Source of the DNA: an uncultured virus (IMG/VR IMGVR_UViG_3300008070_000002)
Lineage: Duplodnaviria > Heunggongvirae > Uroviricota > Caudoviricetes
Virus record (IMG/VR): IMGVR_UViG_3300008070_000002
Coordinates: 1 to 64,000 of that record
Length of the DNA: 64,000 bases
Strand: one strand, 5' to 3'
This document shows positions 20,034 through 29,549 of this stretch, piece by piece. A program made the position numbers and the translations under genes. The notes below the pieces were generated by a model. It did no database searches. It saw only the letters and a program-made list of their open reading frames with translations, and was not told where the DNA came from. The first letter of the stretch is position 1, and each line of letters starts with the position of its first letter.

Positions 20034-20498
20034 TTATTTGTTTAAATCGTTCAGTTGACGCATTCTAGACATTGTTTCACGACGAAAGCCCAGTACCCAA
20101 CTCTCCAGCTCACGGTGCTTGCTTCTTTCAGCAACCATTAACTTGGCTTCCCAAACATCCAGCCAGTTAGTAGTGCTCTTAAGACCTTGTTCAGCATCTG
20201 GATTACGTGGGACGTACTTAGACAGATGCACACGAACTTCACTGATCATTGTGGCAATAGGTGATGGTTTTGCTACTGCAATCTCTTTGGTCAATACCAG
20301 GCGCAGTCGTTGTGATGTGTTACTGTTCACTTCGGTAACTTTAGTGATCGTCACTTCAGTTGACGGGAACCGGTAACCATCAAACCCAACAAGGTCCGTT
20401 TCGATGAAGTAATCTTGTACGAAACCCTGAAATGGTTCCTCAACGGACAGTTCACCGCAGCGATGTATAACGTTACCTTCCAGTAAATATAATTTCAT
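20034..20498 (-). CDS. Hypothetical early protein
   Basis: 154 aa, AGGAG RBS, promoter motif upstream. Confidence 0.8.
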   Translation of the reverse strand: MKLYLLEGNVIHRCGELSVEEPFQGFVQDYFIETDLVGFDGYRFPSTEVTITKVTEVNSNTSQRLRLVLTKEIAVAKPSPIATMISEVRVHLSKYVPRNPDAEQGLKSTTNWLDVWEAKLMVAERSKHRELESWVLGFRRETMSRMRQLNDLNK

Positions 20499-20629
20499 GA
20501 TTTGCTCCTAGGAATTAAAAAGTGATTACGTCTGTAACCACAAGGATAATATACAACTGAAAATAATTTCAGTAGAGGTACAAAAAAAACAATGGTAGGG
20601 CCGAAACCCTACCCTCATTTTCCAACAAT
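20499..20629 (-). repeat. Terminator-promoter-RBS cassette, copy 1
   Basis: Shares (plus-strand) TGCTCCTA, the promoter motif (20545-20562), an A-run, a GGTAGGG hairpin and TTTTCCAACAAT with 20844-20981. Confidence 0.75.
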
Positions 20630-20639
20630 CCTGGCTGAC

Positions 20640-20843
20640 CTAGAATAACTCATCCCAGTAGTCGCATTCGCGGTTATTTCTAGCCGCGACGCATACCGAA
20701 ACTCCGTCTTCGGAGATGTTGATGAAACGGATCTCCGTTTCACCATAGTACGCTCTGACCATTTCCTCGGTCAGGGTACCGTTTCTCCAAGCTTGGAATA
20801 AACTGTCTGTATTGATTGTTGTAGCATTGTGTTCTAAAGTCAT
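20640..20843 (-). CDS. Small hypothetical early protein
   Basis: 67 aa, AGGAG RBS, with its own promoter and terminator. Confidence 0.8.
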   Translation of the reverse strand: MTLEHNATTINTDSLFQAWRNGTLTEEMVRAYYGETEIRFINISEDGVSVCVAARNNRECDYWDELF

Positions 20844-20981
20844 GATATGCTCCTAATTAATAAATAAAGTAAAGACCATTTATGTCATGGTCACCTTGAT
20901 TATATATAACTGAAATTATTTTCAATAAAGGCACAAAAAAGTAAGGGTAGGGCCGAAGCCCTACCGCGGTTTTCCAACAAT
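20844..20981 (-). repeat. Terminator-promoter-RBS cassette, copy 2
   Basis: Same element order as copy 1. Promoter motif at 20898-20915, hairpin GGTAGGGC-CGAA-GCCCTACC. Confidence 0.75.
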
Positions 20982-21000
20982 AAAATCGTTTAACAGGTTT

Positions 21001-21102
21001 TTACGACGGGCGACTTTGTTTCGCATGCGCGTGAGTGCTGGCCTGCTTTCTTCCAAACTGGTAATTAAAACAATCCGTTTCTGTAATTATTAGTTTCGAC
21101 AT
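21001..21102 (-). CDS. Small 33-aa ORF (MSKLIITETDCFNYQFGRKQASTHAHAKQSRPS)
   Basis: AGGAG RBS before ATG 21102. Sits between two terminators. Confidence 0.5.
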   Translation of the reverse strand: MSKLIITETDCFNYQFGRKQASTHAHAKQSRPS

Positions 21103-21118
21103 TACTTGCTCCTGAGAT

Positions 21119-21153
21119 CATAAAAAGCTAGACCGGGGAAACCCCCGGTCTAG
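21119..21153 (-). terminator. Rho-independent terminator
   Basis: CTAGACCGGGG/CCCCGGTCTAG stem followed by CTTTTTATG on the minus strand. Confidence 0.8.
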
Positions 21154-21157
21154 TGGT

Positions 21158-21451
21158 TTATACACGGATACCCATTATTCCGTATATATCGTGACATGAT
21201 TTCAATACCCCTGCGGTTGCTGTATCTATCCACGAGACCAAGTCTTCGAATGCACCCGTGTCGGTGTACATACTTACTTCGTCTTGCAGTGCGTTACAAA
21301 CATTGACAAGGTTCTCTAAACCAGTTTCGATAGCTGACAACGCATCGCCGGTTGGGTTGGTTATTTTATAACGGTTATACGTTATTAACACCAGCTCAAC
21401 TTGGTGATCACACCACTGCGAGAATTGGTCAGCAACTTGCGACAGAATCAT
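21158..21451 (-). CDS. Hypothetical protein
   Basis: 97 aa, GGAG RBS. Confidence 0.75.
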   Translation of the reverse strand: MILSQVADQFSQWCDHQVELVLITYNRYKITNPTGDALSAIETGLENLVNVCNALQDEVSMYTDTGAFEDLVSWIDTATAGVLKSCHDIYGIMGIRV

Positions 21452-21469
21452 AGGGCTACTCCAGTTTAA

Positions 21470-22522
21470 TTAATATCCCATAGAATTGGTTGGAGTAACC
21501 GAGCCATCTAGCAGGCCGTAGGCCAGTTTGGCGACGTTTACTACAAAATCTGCGTTAACACGATTAGCTACTGAGAGGCGTTTTAACTGCGCTTCGAAGT
21601 AGATGCACAGGGATGGGTCCTTTTTGTCCAACATGCGCTTATAATCGTTTATACGGGCTTCTAGCGCATTCTCCCCCATGTCCGTCTGGAATGACAGCAC
21701 AGTTTGAGTGAAAGTAACACCACCAACCATAAATGTATCACCTTCAAGCCAATGGATGACGCGAGGGGACACGGTAGCGGTTGTATATTCACGAACTACG
21801 CCACCGCCAGGCAAATGCTTCTCGACCATACCCTGTACATAAACACGCATTGTAACGTCACATGGGCGTTTAGCCTTCACTGCCTTACGTTGTGCTAAGT
21901 TAGCCTCAATTGCTTCAGCAAGCTTACCGCCGTCGTATACGTGTTTTCTACCACCCGGTGGAATCAAGAATTCACCCACTGTATCAATGTGAATGCTGCT
22001 CGATGCAATTTGCTGTAAGCGGGATGGTATACCCATATCCAAATCTCCTGCGTGTTCCGTAATAGCTTGGCTACATACGCCGCCATCGAAGCTTTTGTAT
22101 TTCAAGACATCTTCAGGTACGACAACTTCTTCCGGTGGAGCTGGCAACTCACCATCGAGTAAGCGCGGCGTTTCGCCGGGTTGAAGTGGGTCTTTAAACG
22201 CAAATTCGGGTTTCATTTTGATCTCCGCTGTAGCGTCCATTTCATACAGCTCTTCCAAACTGTAATTGGTGATGAAGAAATACATTTTACGGAATGCGTT
22301 TAAGAAACGGTCTTCTTTGCAAACACGTTCTACGTCTGCCAATACTTCTGGTATTACTTCTTGGATACTCAGATGCACATCGACCGCTACGTCTGAAACG
22401 CCATTCTCGGCGACAGTTGAATAAAAGCTTTCGATCTTATCAATCGTGCTAATAACTTGTTCCAGATCTAAAGCAAGGTGGTCGTTAGCTGTAGTTAGTG
22501 ATAATACGTTAAATGTTTTCAT
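21470..22522 (-). CDS. Hypothetical protein
   Basis: 350 aa, AAGGA RBS. Confidence 0.8.
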   Translation of the reverse strand: MKTFNVLSLTTANDHLALDLEQVISTIDKIESFYSTVAENGVSDVAVDVHLSIQEVIPEVLADVERVCKEDRFLNAFRKMYFFITNYSLEELYEMDATAEIKMKPEFAFKDPLQPGETPRLLDGELPAPPEEVVVPEDVLKYKSFDGGVCSQAITEHAGDLDMGIPSRLQQIASSSIHIDTVGEFLIPPGGRKHVYDGGKLAEAIEANLAQRKAVKAKRPCDVTMRVYVQGMVEKHLPGGGVVREYTTATVSPRVIHWLEGDTFMVGGVTFTQTVLSFQTDMGENALEARINDYKRMLDKKDPSLCIYFEAQLKRLSVANRVNADFVVNVAKLAYGLLDGSVTPTNSMGY

Positions 22523-22549
22523 CTTTTTAGTCCTTGTGATTTAAATTGA

Positions 22550-23080
22550 TTAATAAAGTGCGATGGCGGTGAGTTTAGATTCTTCTTGCAGTTTGGAGAT
22601 AATAGCTAGATGTACGTCAGAAGCCAATATCGGCTGAATAAGACGATTTTTGATCCGCCCACCCTTGGTCAATAACTCGTATACCTCAAAAGCGACCGCG
22701 TCATGTTTAAGGTACGAATCAAATCCATAATGCTTAATAATCGACTCGCGTACAATTTCGTTAATATACTGTAGTAATGGGAAATGTATCGTCGTATTGC
22801 AAACCGTCGACATTTTATCTAACGTGGCTTCAAACTCGTTCAATATATCATTAACTTTATCAATCGCTTCTGCATACGCTTCACGCTGCCCAATTGCATC
22901 CAGTTCCATTTGTAAACGAATCTGGTAGCAAATGTACGTCGCATCCAGCTGTTCTGTTTTATCTAGATCGCTCCAGATCTGTTTTGCTTTGAGCGCCTCT
23001 AACTTACCAAATAAGCTACCGATTTGCAAATCGTGAAGCGGAATGCTGTACCCTTGTAGCATTTCAAAAAACGTTTTCAT
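22550..23080 (-). CDS. Hypothetical protein
   Basis: 176 aa, AGGAG RBS. Confidence 0.8.
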   Translation of the reverse strand: MKTFFEMLQGYSIPLHDLQIGSLFGKLEALKAKQIWSDLDKTEQLDATYICYQIRLQMELDAIGQREAYAEAIDKVNDILNEFEATLDKMSTVCNTTIHFPLLQYINEIVRESIIKHYGFDSYLKHDAVAFEVYELLTKGGRIKNRLIQPILASDVHLAIISKLQEESKLTAIALY

Positions 23081-23095
23081 GATATACTCCTAACA

Positions 23096-23128
23096 ATTAA
23101 AATACTGCAGGGGCGATCGCCCCTGCAG
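23096..23128 (-). terminator. Putative terminator
   Basis: CTGCAGGGGCG/CGCCCCTGCAG stem followed by TATTTT. Confidence 0.7.
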
Positions 23129-23335
23129 CTATGCTAACTTATTGAATAAAATAACACGCTGTTTGATAGGCTTTGTCCACCACTTTACAGCAATCAAGTA
23201 GGATTCATTAAAGCCCACCACATCTGTTAACCGAGCTAACCCATTCTCACACATCTTTAAATCGTGGAACATCTCTGGGTTTATCTTAGAAGCCTTAGCG
23301 GCCTCGTATAGCGCAGCGTAAAGCTCCTCTCGCAT
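23129..23335 (-). CDS. Hypothetical protein
   Basis: 68 aa, AAGGAG RBS. Confidence 0.75.
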   Translation of the reverse strand: MREELYAALYEAAKASKINPEMFHDLKMCENGLARLTDVVGFNESYLIAVKWWTKPIKQRVILFNKLA

Positions 23336-23338
23336 ATC

Positions 23339-23764
23339 TTACTCCTTTCTAAAGGGTTTTGCCATTTTCTTAGCAATCGTTTTAATTGCCTTATCACGGA
23401 TGGTCTTTTCCGATAACGATTCGATTTCTGGAAAACGCAGCTTCGCTACAGCACGAATTACCTGGGGGTCTAGACCACACTTCACACGCTGTGCGATCTT
23501 AAAATAACGGCCTGCCCAAGTCAAAGGGCGTCGGGCTGTACGCGCGATCAGTGCCAACTTGCCTTTACGGTAAGCCTCCCAAGCCTGAACAGTTTTTGGC
23601 ATAACCACAACAATACCGGATTCTGGATTCTGACGTAATTTTACGACTCGCAAGTCAAAATCTTCGTTCACGGCATACCCATCCCACTTAGCTACTTCTT
23701 GATAATCATTCCAAGATAAGACCGGGGTGCCGTTTTTAACAGCCGCTGTAACCTTTTGTTCCAC
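23339..23764 (-). CDS. Hypothetical basic protein
   Basis: 141 aa, GTG start, K/R-rich C-terminal half. Confidence 0.75.
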   Translation of the reverse strand: MEQKVTAAVKNGTPVLSWNDYQEVAKWDGYAVNEDFDLRVVKLRQNPESGIVVVMPKTVQAWEAYRKGKLALIARTARRPLTWAGRYFKIAQRVKCGLDPQVIRAVAKLRFPEIESLSEKTIRDKAIKTIAKKMAKPFRKE

Positions 23765-23831
23765 GTGATAATCCTTCTAATAAAGGCCGGTAAGAATAAG
23801 AATGCACATTACCGACCTGTTTTTTATTTAA

Positions 23832-24305
23832 TCACTCTTTGTTTATCAACGCCATCAGTTCGTCGCGTGTGTATGTGCGATACGGGAGTTTAATAACACA
23901 CATGGTTGTATACAGATGGTCTAACGCTTGCAATGGGGTGCAATCTGGAATTACGTCCATTGCAGTAACTACAGCTTCCTCCTGTTCTAAATCATCCCCA
24001 CGAATAAATAACTCAATGCCAGTAGACCCAATGCGGCGTTTTACCGGGATACCTGTTGAGGTGGCATGGCATTCGTACAATACACCTTTTGGTGTTAATA
24101 GCATTCCCCGTGGTTTAACCGTCAACTCCGGGTATTTCTTAAGATTACCATCTAACCATTCCAACACGTAACCGAAGGAAATGTTCCATGGGATCAGTAA
24201 ACCATGCTCCGTTACGAAGTTACCGATATCGTATTTTTCGATGACGGTTGAAGGTCGCATGAGGTCCGTACTAAAAGTATAGGTATCGTCTTTAATTATT
24301 AACAT
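23832..24305 (-). CDS. Hypothetical protein
   Basis: 157 aa, overlaps the upstream stop, GAGG RBS. Confidence 0.75.
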   Translation of the reverse strand: MLIIKDDTYTFSTDLMRPSTVIEKYDIGNFVTEHGLLIPWNISFGYVLEWLDGNLKKYPELTVKPRGMLLTPKGVLYECHATSTGIPVKRRIGSTGIELFIRGDDLEQEEAVVTAMDVIPDCTPLQALDHLYTTMCVIKLPYRTYTRDELMALINKE

Positions 24306-24855
24306 TGTTTTCGACCTCTTCTACAACATTAAACGGTAAAATCTCAGCCATGTCGATTACCGAGAGTGGTAAACGAGACATCTCGCATTTCGATACAGCA
24401 TAAGCTACGGCATCTTCGATCGGCATACCAGTTGCCAATGCATTGTGTGCATGTATTGTCACATTACCGTATATTAGTGTTTCATCGATATCGCCGATAT
24501 TAATAAAGGATTTGCTGCCGATGCTTAGGATGAAAACCAACTCGCTAGTAACCGCGATGATAATCTGATGCGCTAAATGCAATGTATCGCGCTCTTTCTG
24601 CGATATCTGCAGTGCTTCACTAGAGTGCTCGCGAAGGTACAAATCAATCCGCGGTACGATAAACTTCTCCAGCGCTTCAACATCGATACTGTTTAGTTTA
24701 TACCCGGTGGATGCAAAAGCAACGCGGCGGCAAGAAGACATGAATAGCTTTTTAGTGCCGCCTTCTATACGCTGGCCACATGAGCCATAATCGATTACAG
24801 TAGCGCTGTCAGCTACCAGTCGTTTTGTTTTTCCACAATAGGCAATAACCGTCAT
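24292..24855 (-). CDS. Ntn-hydrolase (HslV/proteasome beta-like) protein
   Basis: Start at ATG 24855 behind AAGGAG gives M-T-V-I-A-Y...LVADS...KKLF, the N-terminal Thr pattern of HslV-like peptidases. Confidence 0.6.
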   Translation of the reverse strand: MTVIAYCGKTKRLVADSATVIDYGSCGQRIEGGTKKLFMSSCRRVAFASTGYKLNSIDVEALEKFIVPRIDLYLREHSSEALQISQKERDTLHLAHQIIIAVTSELVFILSIGSKSFINIGDIDETLIYGNVTIHAHNALATGMPIEDAVAYAVSKCEMSRLPLSVIDMAEILPFNVVEEVENNVNN

Positions 24856-24873
24856 GGTAAATGCTCCTTGAGA

Positions 24874-24919
24874 CATAAAGAGGTCTAAGGAGGGCATGTG
24901 CCCTCCTTAGTGTTTTTTT
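24874..24919. terminator. Hairpin/terminator
   Basis: CTAAGGAGGGCA/TGCCCTCCTTAG stem. Confidence 0.75.
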
Positions 24920-25208
24920 ACAGATCGTGGTTACAACGATGCATTGGAGTCTGGCGACGTTTTTCTGTTTTAGCGACCGCTTTAGGCGGTGCTTTAACCG
25001 AAGCCTCACCGGCATCGTTAAACGAAAGAACAGTACCGGTTTCTACTTTGCCTACCAGAGATTCAGCGGTATCAACCACAATGAACGAGCCATCAGCATC
25101 ATCAATACAAACCGATTTAGCACTCACCGCACGAACGATACTTTGTTTCTCGTTGTTGACTGCTGGGATTAGCGTCAGCTGTTCTGGATTCAATGTAAAC
25201 ATGTTCAC
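24918..25208 (-). CDS. Hypothetical early protein
   Basis: 96 aa, downstream of the promoter motif at 25255. The true start may be ATG 25202. Confidence 0.75.
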   Translation of the reverse strand: MNMFTLNPEQLTLIPAVNNEKQSIVRAVSAKSVCIDDADGSFIVVDTAESLVGKVETGTVLSFNDAGEASVKAPPKAVAKTEKRRQTPMHRCNHDL

Positions 25209-25254
25209 GTCCTTCTACATTTTAAAGACTCAAACACCATGCTCAAGTCATCTG

Positions 25255-25272
25255 GATAATATATAATTGAAC
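25255..25272 (-). promoter_or_regulatory. Putative early promoter
   Basis: GTTCAATTATATATTATC, just downstream of a terminator (25287-25321). Confidence 0.7.
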
Positions 25273-25401
25273 TTCTTTTTATTGATGGCATAAAAAACTA
25301 GGGAGACTAACGCCTCCCTAGAAAACCGGTAAGCCAGTAGTTACAGATAAAACTACCGCTGTTGCAACACGCCGCGTTAACGTCATGTTACAAAGGATAG
25401 G

Positions 25402-26214
25402 TTATTCAACTGGCAGTAATCCGGCAAGGGATAACTCGTAAACTGTGCCGGAGTGACCCACACCTTTACCCACCTTCTCTTTTCCATCATCGTAAGTAGG
25501 TAGCTCTTTGATCGCAGCAAAGCCTGTTGAGTACCACTTCACTTTACCGGTACGAGTTGGGATGTATTCTTGATCTTCCATCTCGATACGCGGGTGCTTG
25601 AAGATTTCCACCGGGTAGTGCTGGTTAAAGGCAATCTTATCGCCAACGATCAGCATAGGGAATGTACGTACCCCATGGCGACGGCCATCAGAACCCATCT
25701 CCAGCGGTAGCAGTACCAGCACTTCATCGGTAACAACGATACCGTCTTTCTGATAACGCGGGGTTTCTGCTACGTCAAATGCCAACACTTCGAGCTCCTG
25801 ACCTTCGTCCAAAACATCGTTCATGGCAAAGACCAACTCTTGGTCCAACATTGGAATAACTTCGTAATCCAATTTGGTCAAAGCGGGCAGCATACGCATC
25901 AGTACTGCTTCACGCCACTCCATTGACATGTGTGGCAATGCTTTATCCCAGGCTTCGATAATGCCGGCCAGATTACAAAAGAAGCGATATGGCATTTCGG
26001 TGTCTTTTGCTTCTAAGCGAATCACAACCGGTACTTTATCTTCCACACCAACAGCAAAATTAATGTCTACTGCGCGGTTATCTTCACCTGCCAGTGACAG
26101 TGAAACCAAACCTTCTGCAACGTCAGTGCGATTGACATTGATGTACTTAGCGAACCCCAATTTAAAGATTCGGCTGAAATGGTCAAGTGGTAACGTCGAT
26201 GGTAACGTCTTCAT
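25402..26214 (-). CDS. Hypothetical protein
   Basis: 270-aa ORF. Confidence 0.8.
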   Translation of the reverse strand: MKTLPSTLPLDHFSRIFKLGFAKYINVNRTDVAEGLVSLSLAGEDNRAVDINFAVGVEDKVPVVIRLEAKDTEMPYRFFCNLAGIIEAWDKALPHMSMEWREAVLMRMLPALTKLDYEVIPMLDQELVFAMNDVLDEGQELEVLAFDVAETPRYQKDGIVVTDEVLVLLPLEMGSDGRRHGVRTFPMLIVGDKIAFNQHYPVEIFKHPRIEMEDQEYIPTRTGKVKWYSTGFAAIKELPTYDDGKEKVGKGVGHSGTVYELSLAGLLPVE

Positions 26215-26264
26215 TTTTTAAATTCCCTAGTATTGGTCCAGATGATGTTCATCGTAGTAATGAA

Positions 26265-27569
26265 TTACTTATCTCGAAGGAACATTGTTAATTTGATCAT
26301 TGCATGGTGAGTTGGCTCTAACAACCCAGGTGCCGTCATTGACGAGAGCACTTCAGCCCCAACCAATGATCCTTCCATGATCTTAATCTTGGTTCCATCT
26401 TGCGTCATAAATTGTACAGGCATGCCGGGTAATAACACTTCACCGACTCCTCGTTCCCACACCACTTCCATATAACAACCATTACGGCCTGCTAAAGCAG
26501 ATGCCGCTACTGACGGGTTCGCGGTATGCGGATTTTTATCCATGGGAGCGTTGATGTAATTCTTGTTATACTCATACGACTGGTATTCACGCATGTACTC
26601 TTGTGGATTAAGAGCTGGTTTTGACGTACCGTCAACTTTACCAGGCGTGTGAATAAGTTTTGTTACATCGGTTTGCCGTACTCCCGTACCGCCGGTCATC
26701 GCATCGGCATCGGTATTGTCGGTATGCAGCGCTTGGCCAGTAGCCATAACGGTGACCGTCTTACCGTCTACCTTGTAGGATGCATCCAACTTACGGTAAC
26801 GATCCCCTGGAACATTGATCACAATTAACTTGTGGATGTCGTAAGTGGCTTTCTTACGGCTGTAAGGTGCGAACACATACCACGTCCGGTTTTTAAGAAA
26901 ACACCCAATACCTTGGCTATATACACCGTACTCTTGCTGCAAGAACTGCGGCAGGGTAATCAGATTGGTACCGTCAGGTATAATAACCTGACTGGGCACT
27001 GTTGTTACCGCGTCGGTATCTATCTGCAGTGCACCCACCGCTTCAGTCTGATTATACTTATCCACCAGTTTAGTCTGACCGAATATCAGTTTAATGATAT
27101 CAATCGTACGTGTCTTGTGGAAATTGGTACCAATCTGACGTAACCGAATATCGTAAGCCGCCGGATCCATTAACTGGAAGTGTGCCACTGAGATATTTGT
27201 ATTGTCCTGATCCTGTACTACACGTTGAGATGAGTTATTTTCAAGCGTAGGGTCGCGTAACATGGCTGGAATGGCGCGATACGTTTTAGCAATACGGCTT
27301 TGGCTAGACGGAGTGATGGTGGTTACGCGCATCGTCATATCAGCGTGTCCGTATAACATTAACTTAGCGTACTCTGATGGCAACATAGTTACCGTAATCA
27401 TTCGCTCTTCATACTGGCCGCGAACATAATCTTCGCGGCTACTTAGCGCCATGACGTGCATCATTTTAATCTGATACGAGCCAATAGATAATACGGCTTC
27501 GTACTCTAGCGCGGGCGCTGCACGCATCGTTTTAAGATTATCTTCAATCAACACATCGATTTGGTTCAT
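26265..27569 (-). CDS. Virion structural protein, possibly baseplate hub-like (phiKZ gp101 position)
   Basis: 434 aa. LP.FLQ..YGVYS.G.G and W......LLPGMPV motifs, in a structural operon. Confidence 0.65.
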   Translation of the reverse strand: MNQIDVLIEDNLKTMRAAPALEYEAVLSIGSYQIKMMHVMALSSREDYVRGQYEERMITVTMLPSEYAKLMLYGHADMTMRVTTITPSSQSRIAKTYRAIPAMLRDPTLENNSSQRVVQDQDNTNISVAHFQLMDPAAYDIRLRQIGTNFHKTRTIDIIKLIFGQTKLVDKYNQTEAVGALQIDTDAVTTVPSQVIIPDGTNLITLPQFLQQEYGVYSQGIGCFLKNRTWYVFAPYSRKKATYDIHKLIVINVPGDRYRKLDASYKVDGKTVTVMATGQALHTDNTDADAMTGGTGVRQTDVTKLIHTPGKVDGTSKPALNPQEYMREYQSYEYNKNYINAPMDKNPHTANPSVAASALAGRNGCYMEVVWERGVGEVLLPGMPVQFMTQDGTKIKIMEGSLVGAEVLSSMTAPGLLEPTHHAMIKLTMFLRDK

Positions 27570-28192
27570 ATCGATCCTGTCTTATCTGTCTTCTCATTCA
27601 GCTTGTGTCTAAATCGCCACACATCAACACCGGCATCTTTCGCATCACGCAGTAGTTCCATAAAGACAGCACCGCTGTGACGCAGTGAAGCCATCGGCGT
27701 CATTGGACCACGGTTACGGATAGAGCGTCGAGTTGCGTATTTAGCACGGCGATCCAGTTCAGTTACTAAACCATGACCACGGGCGATGTAGATCATCAGC
27801 GCTGCGAGTTGGTCGAACTCATAAAGTCCTTCCAGTGGGATGTCGGTTATTCCGCTGTATTTCACCACATCGCGCCAACGACACAAATGGGCATCGATGT
27901 CTTTATAAATCTTTACAGCATCTTTCGGATCGGCCAGGATCAGCTTCTTCCCTTCACCTGCCACCACATATGCCATTTCAGCTGGTGTCATATACCGAGG
28001 GTCCATCGATCTGGATAACTCCAGGTTAAATGCCTCGTTATTTGAAAGCGCCAATCCAAATACATTTACGTCAGCATCATGCAGATGATCAGACATCTGC
28101 ATATATGCTAAGTAGTGGTAGTTAAATAGTCGGAATGCTGGGGTCTGCTGTTCCAGACTCGGTATGTCCGACGAGACGTATTTTACTTCCAT
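27566..28192 (-). CDS. Conserved hypothetical protein (phiKZ gp100 position)
   Basis: 208 aa, D...IY.DI..HL..W motif, overlaps both neighbours. Confidence 0.7.
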   Translation of the reverse strand: MEVKYVSSDIPSLEQQTPAFRLFNYHYLAYMQMSDHLHDADVNVFGLALSNNEAFNLELSRSMDPRYMTPAEMAYVVAGEGKKLILADPKDAVKIYKDIDAHLCRWRDVVKYSGITDIPLEGLYEFDQLAALMIYIARGHGLVTELDRRAKYATRRSIRNRGPMTPMASLRHSGAVFMELLRDAKDAGVDVWRFRHKLNEKTDKTGSI

Positions 28193-29547
28193 TTTGGGTT
28201 TCTCCGTACATACCCCAGCAGGGTATAAAGAATAGGGCCATAATAGAATTGTTCTAACAATGGGAGTTTGTAATACTCAGTAGTCATACGCATCACCAGT
28301 GTGACGTCAACCTGGTCCTCTTTAAGCATTTGCGTAACAATACGCTCAAAGTTACACATCTGCCCAACGGACCCTGCGTAAAACGCACCAGAAAACACAT
28401 AGGAGCTATCGTAGTCTACTGGTCGGTACGATGGCACTACTGTTGCATCAAAATCGTTCTTATTGCGTTTAAATGCGTCTGGTGCTGCAGGGATCGTATA
28501 TTCATTGCTAATGGATAACGGATCCCATGGTGCTAGACAGCTAGAGTAGAGCGAAAAACCCACGCCACGGTTAGCGGACTGTGCCCGCATTGCACGTGAT
28601 GGATAAACCCCCATCTGTTCTGTAACCAACCGTAACTTGCGATCAGACATTTCGATCATCAGATCCCATAACGTAAACATCTGCTCGTAATCCAAGCAAC
28701 CGATCTGATGCACGTTAATATGGCGGCGACTATCGTAAAACCCAATCTGACGGCAAAAACGACTATGGAACCCATCGAATGTTGCTATCACCTGGTTTGG
28801 AATGCAGTAGCCCTGTGTTTCCGGTAACCAGAATTTACTAATGAAATACTCTTCTAACGAAAGTTGTTCTTCTTCAACGCCTTTGAAAGTTAAGTAATCT
28901 TCTTCAGTAACAAATGGGTTATCGTACTGTTCTAAAAGGGAGGGTTCAAATACAGTAACTTTGGTAACTTTCCCTTCTAAATCTTGCATCCACTCAGATT
29001 GTGTTTTGTTAGCATCTAAACGATCGGTGATTTGGAAACGTACGGCATAAGCTGCGGTTTTCGTGTAAGACAATCGTTCTACTGAGGTAATAGATAGTAG
29101 GGCTAAATAACCCTCGCCACCATCGGTAATAAACATATCCCCAATGTTAGGCTTTAATCCCCAATAGATATTACCTTCGCCCGTTACCGTAAACTCATTG
29201 TTTTCAGTATTCTGACTGGTGGTAAGTGGGCTTGTAACGCGGAAGATAAAGTTCTTTATCTTCTCAAAATACTGATTAGATGCTCGCACCCCCAATTGCA
29301 GTGGCTTGGCAGTATCGTCAGCACCCAGTATCTGACGGTAGTAATCCACCGTCAGCGGCGAACCTTCCATGTGATTTACCAAATGGGAGGTCGGGTGGAA
29401 CTCCGAATCAATTAATGAGCTACGAGACGGGGTAGACGTCGCGGTAGCCGCATACTGAACTAACCCAGCCAGGTTATCCTGCGGGTTAACGGGTGCTTCA
29501 ACTTCGTAGCTCCCCTGTGGAGCTGTGCTGCTACCGGCGATAGCCAT
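28183..29547 (-). CDS. Virion structural protein (phiKZ gp99 position)
   Basis: 454 aa. EGS..TVDYY.Q, PNIGDMF..D.G and LEQFYYGPIL motifs. Confidence 0.7.
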   Translation of the reverse strand: MAIAGSSTAPQGSYEVEAPVNPQDNLAGLVQYAATATSTPSRSSLIDSEFHPTSHLVNHMEGSPLTVDYYRQILGADDTAKPLQLGVRASNQYFEKIKNFIFRVTSPLTTSQNTENNEFTVTGEGNIYWGLKPNIGDMFITDGGEGYLALLSITSVERLSYTKTAAYAVRFQITDRLDANKTQSEWMQDLEGKVTKVTVFEPSLLEQYDNPFVTEEDYLTFKGVEEEQLSLEEYFISKFWLPETQGYCIPNQVIATFDGFHSRFCRQIGFYDSRRHINVHQIGCLDYEQMFTLWDLMIEMSDRKLRLVTEQMGVYPSRAMRAQSANRGVGFSLYSSCLAPWDPLSISNEYTIPAAPDAFKRNKNDFDATVVPSYRPVDYDSSYVFSGAFYAGSVGQMCNFERIVTQMLKEDQVDVTLVMRMTTEYYKLPLLEQFYYGPILYTLLGYVRRNPKWK

Positions 29548-29549
29548 AA

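Noticed and set aside
20499..20981. Repeats as a CRISPR array or attC-type integron
   Set aside because: Only two degenerate copies made of expression signals. No constant repeat-spacer period and no cas or integrase gene in the window.
25322..25401. Possible small RNA in the 80-nt gap
   Set aside because: No convincing structure or tRNA cloverleaf. May simply be a 3' UTR.
25640..25680. GVRTFPMLIVGD as a glutaredoxin/thioredoxin cis-Pro motif
   Set aside because: No CxxC or other fold support, so probably a chance resemblance.
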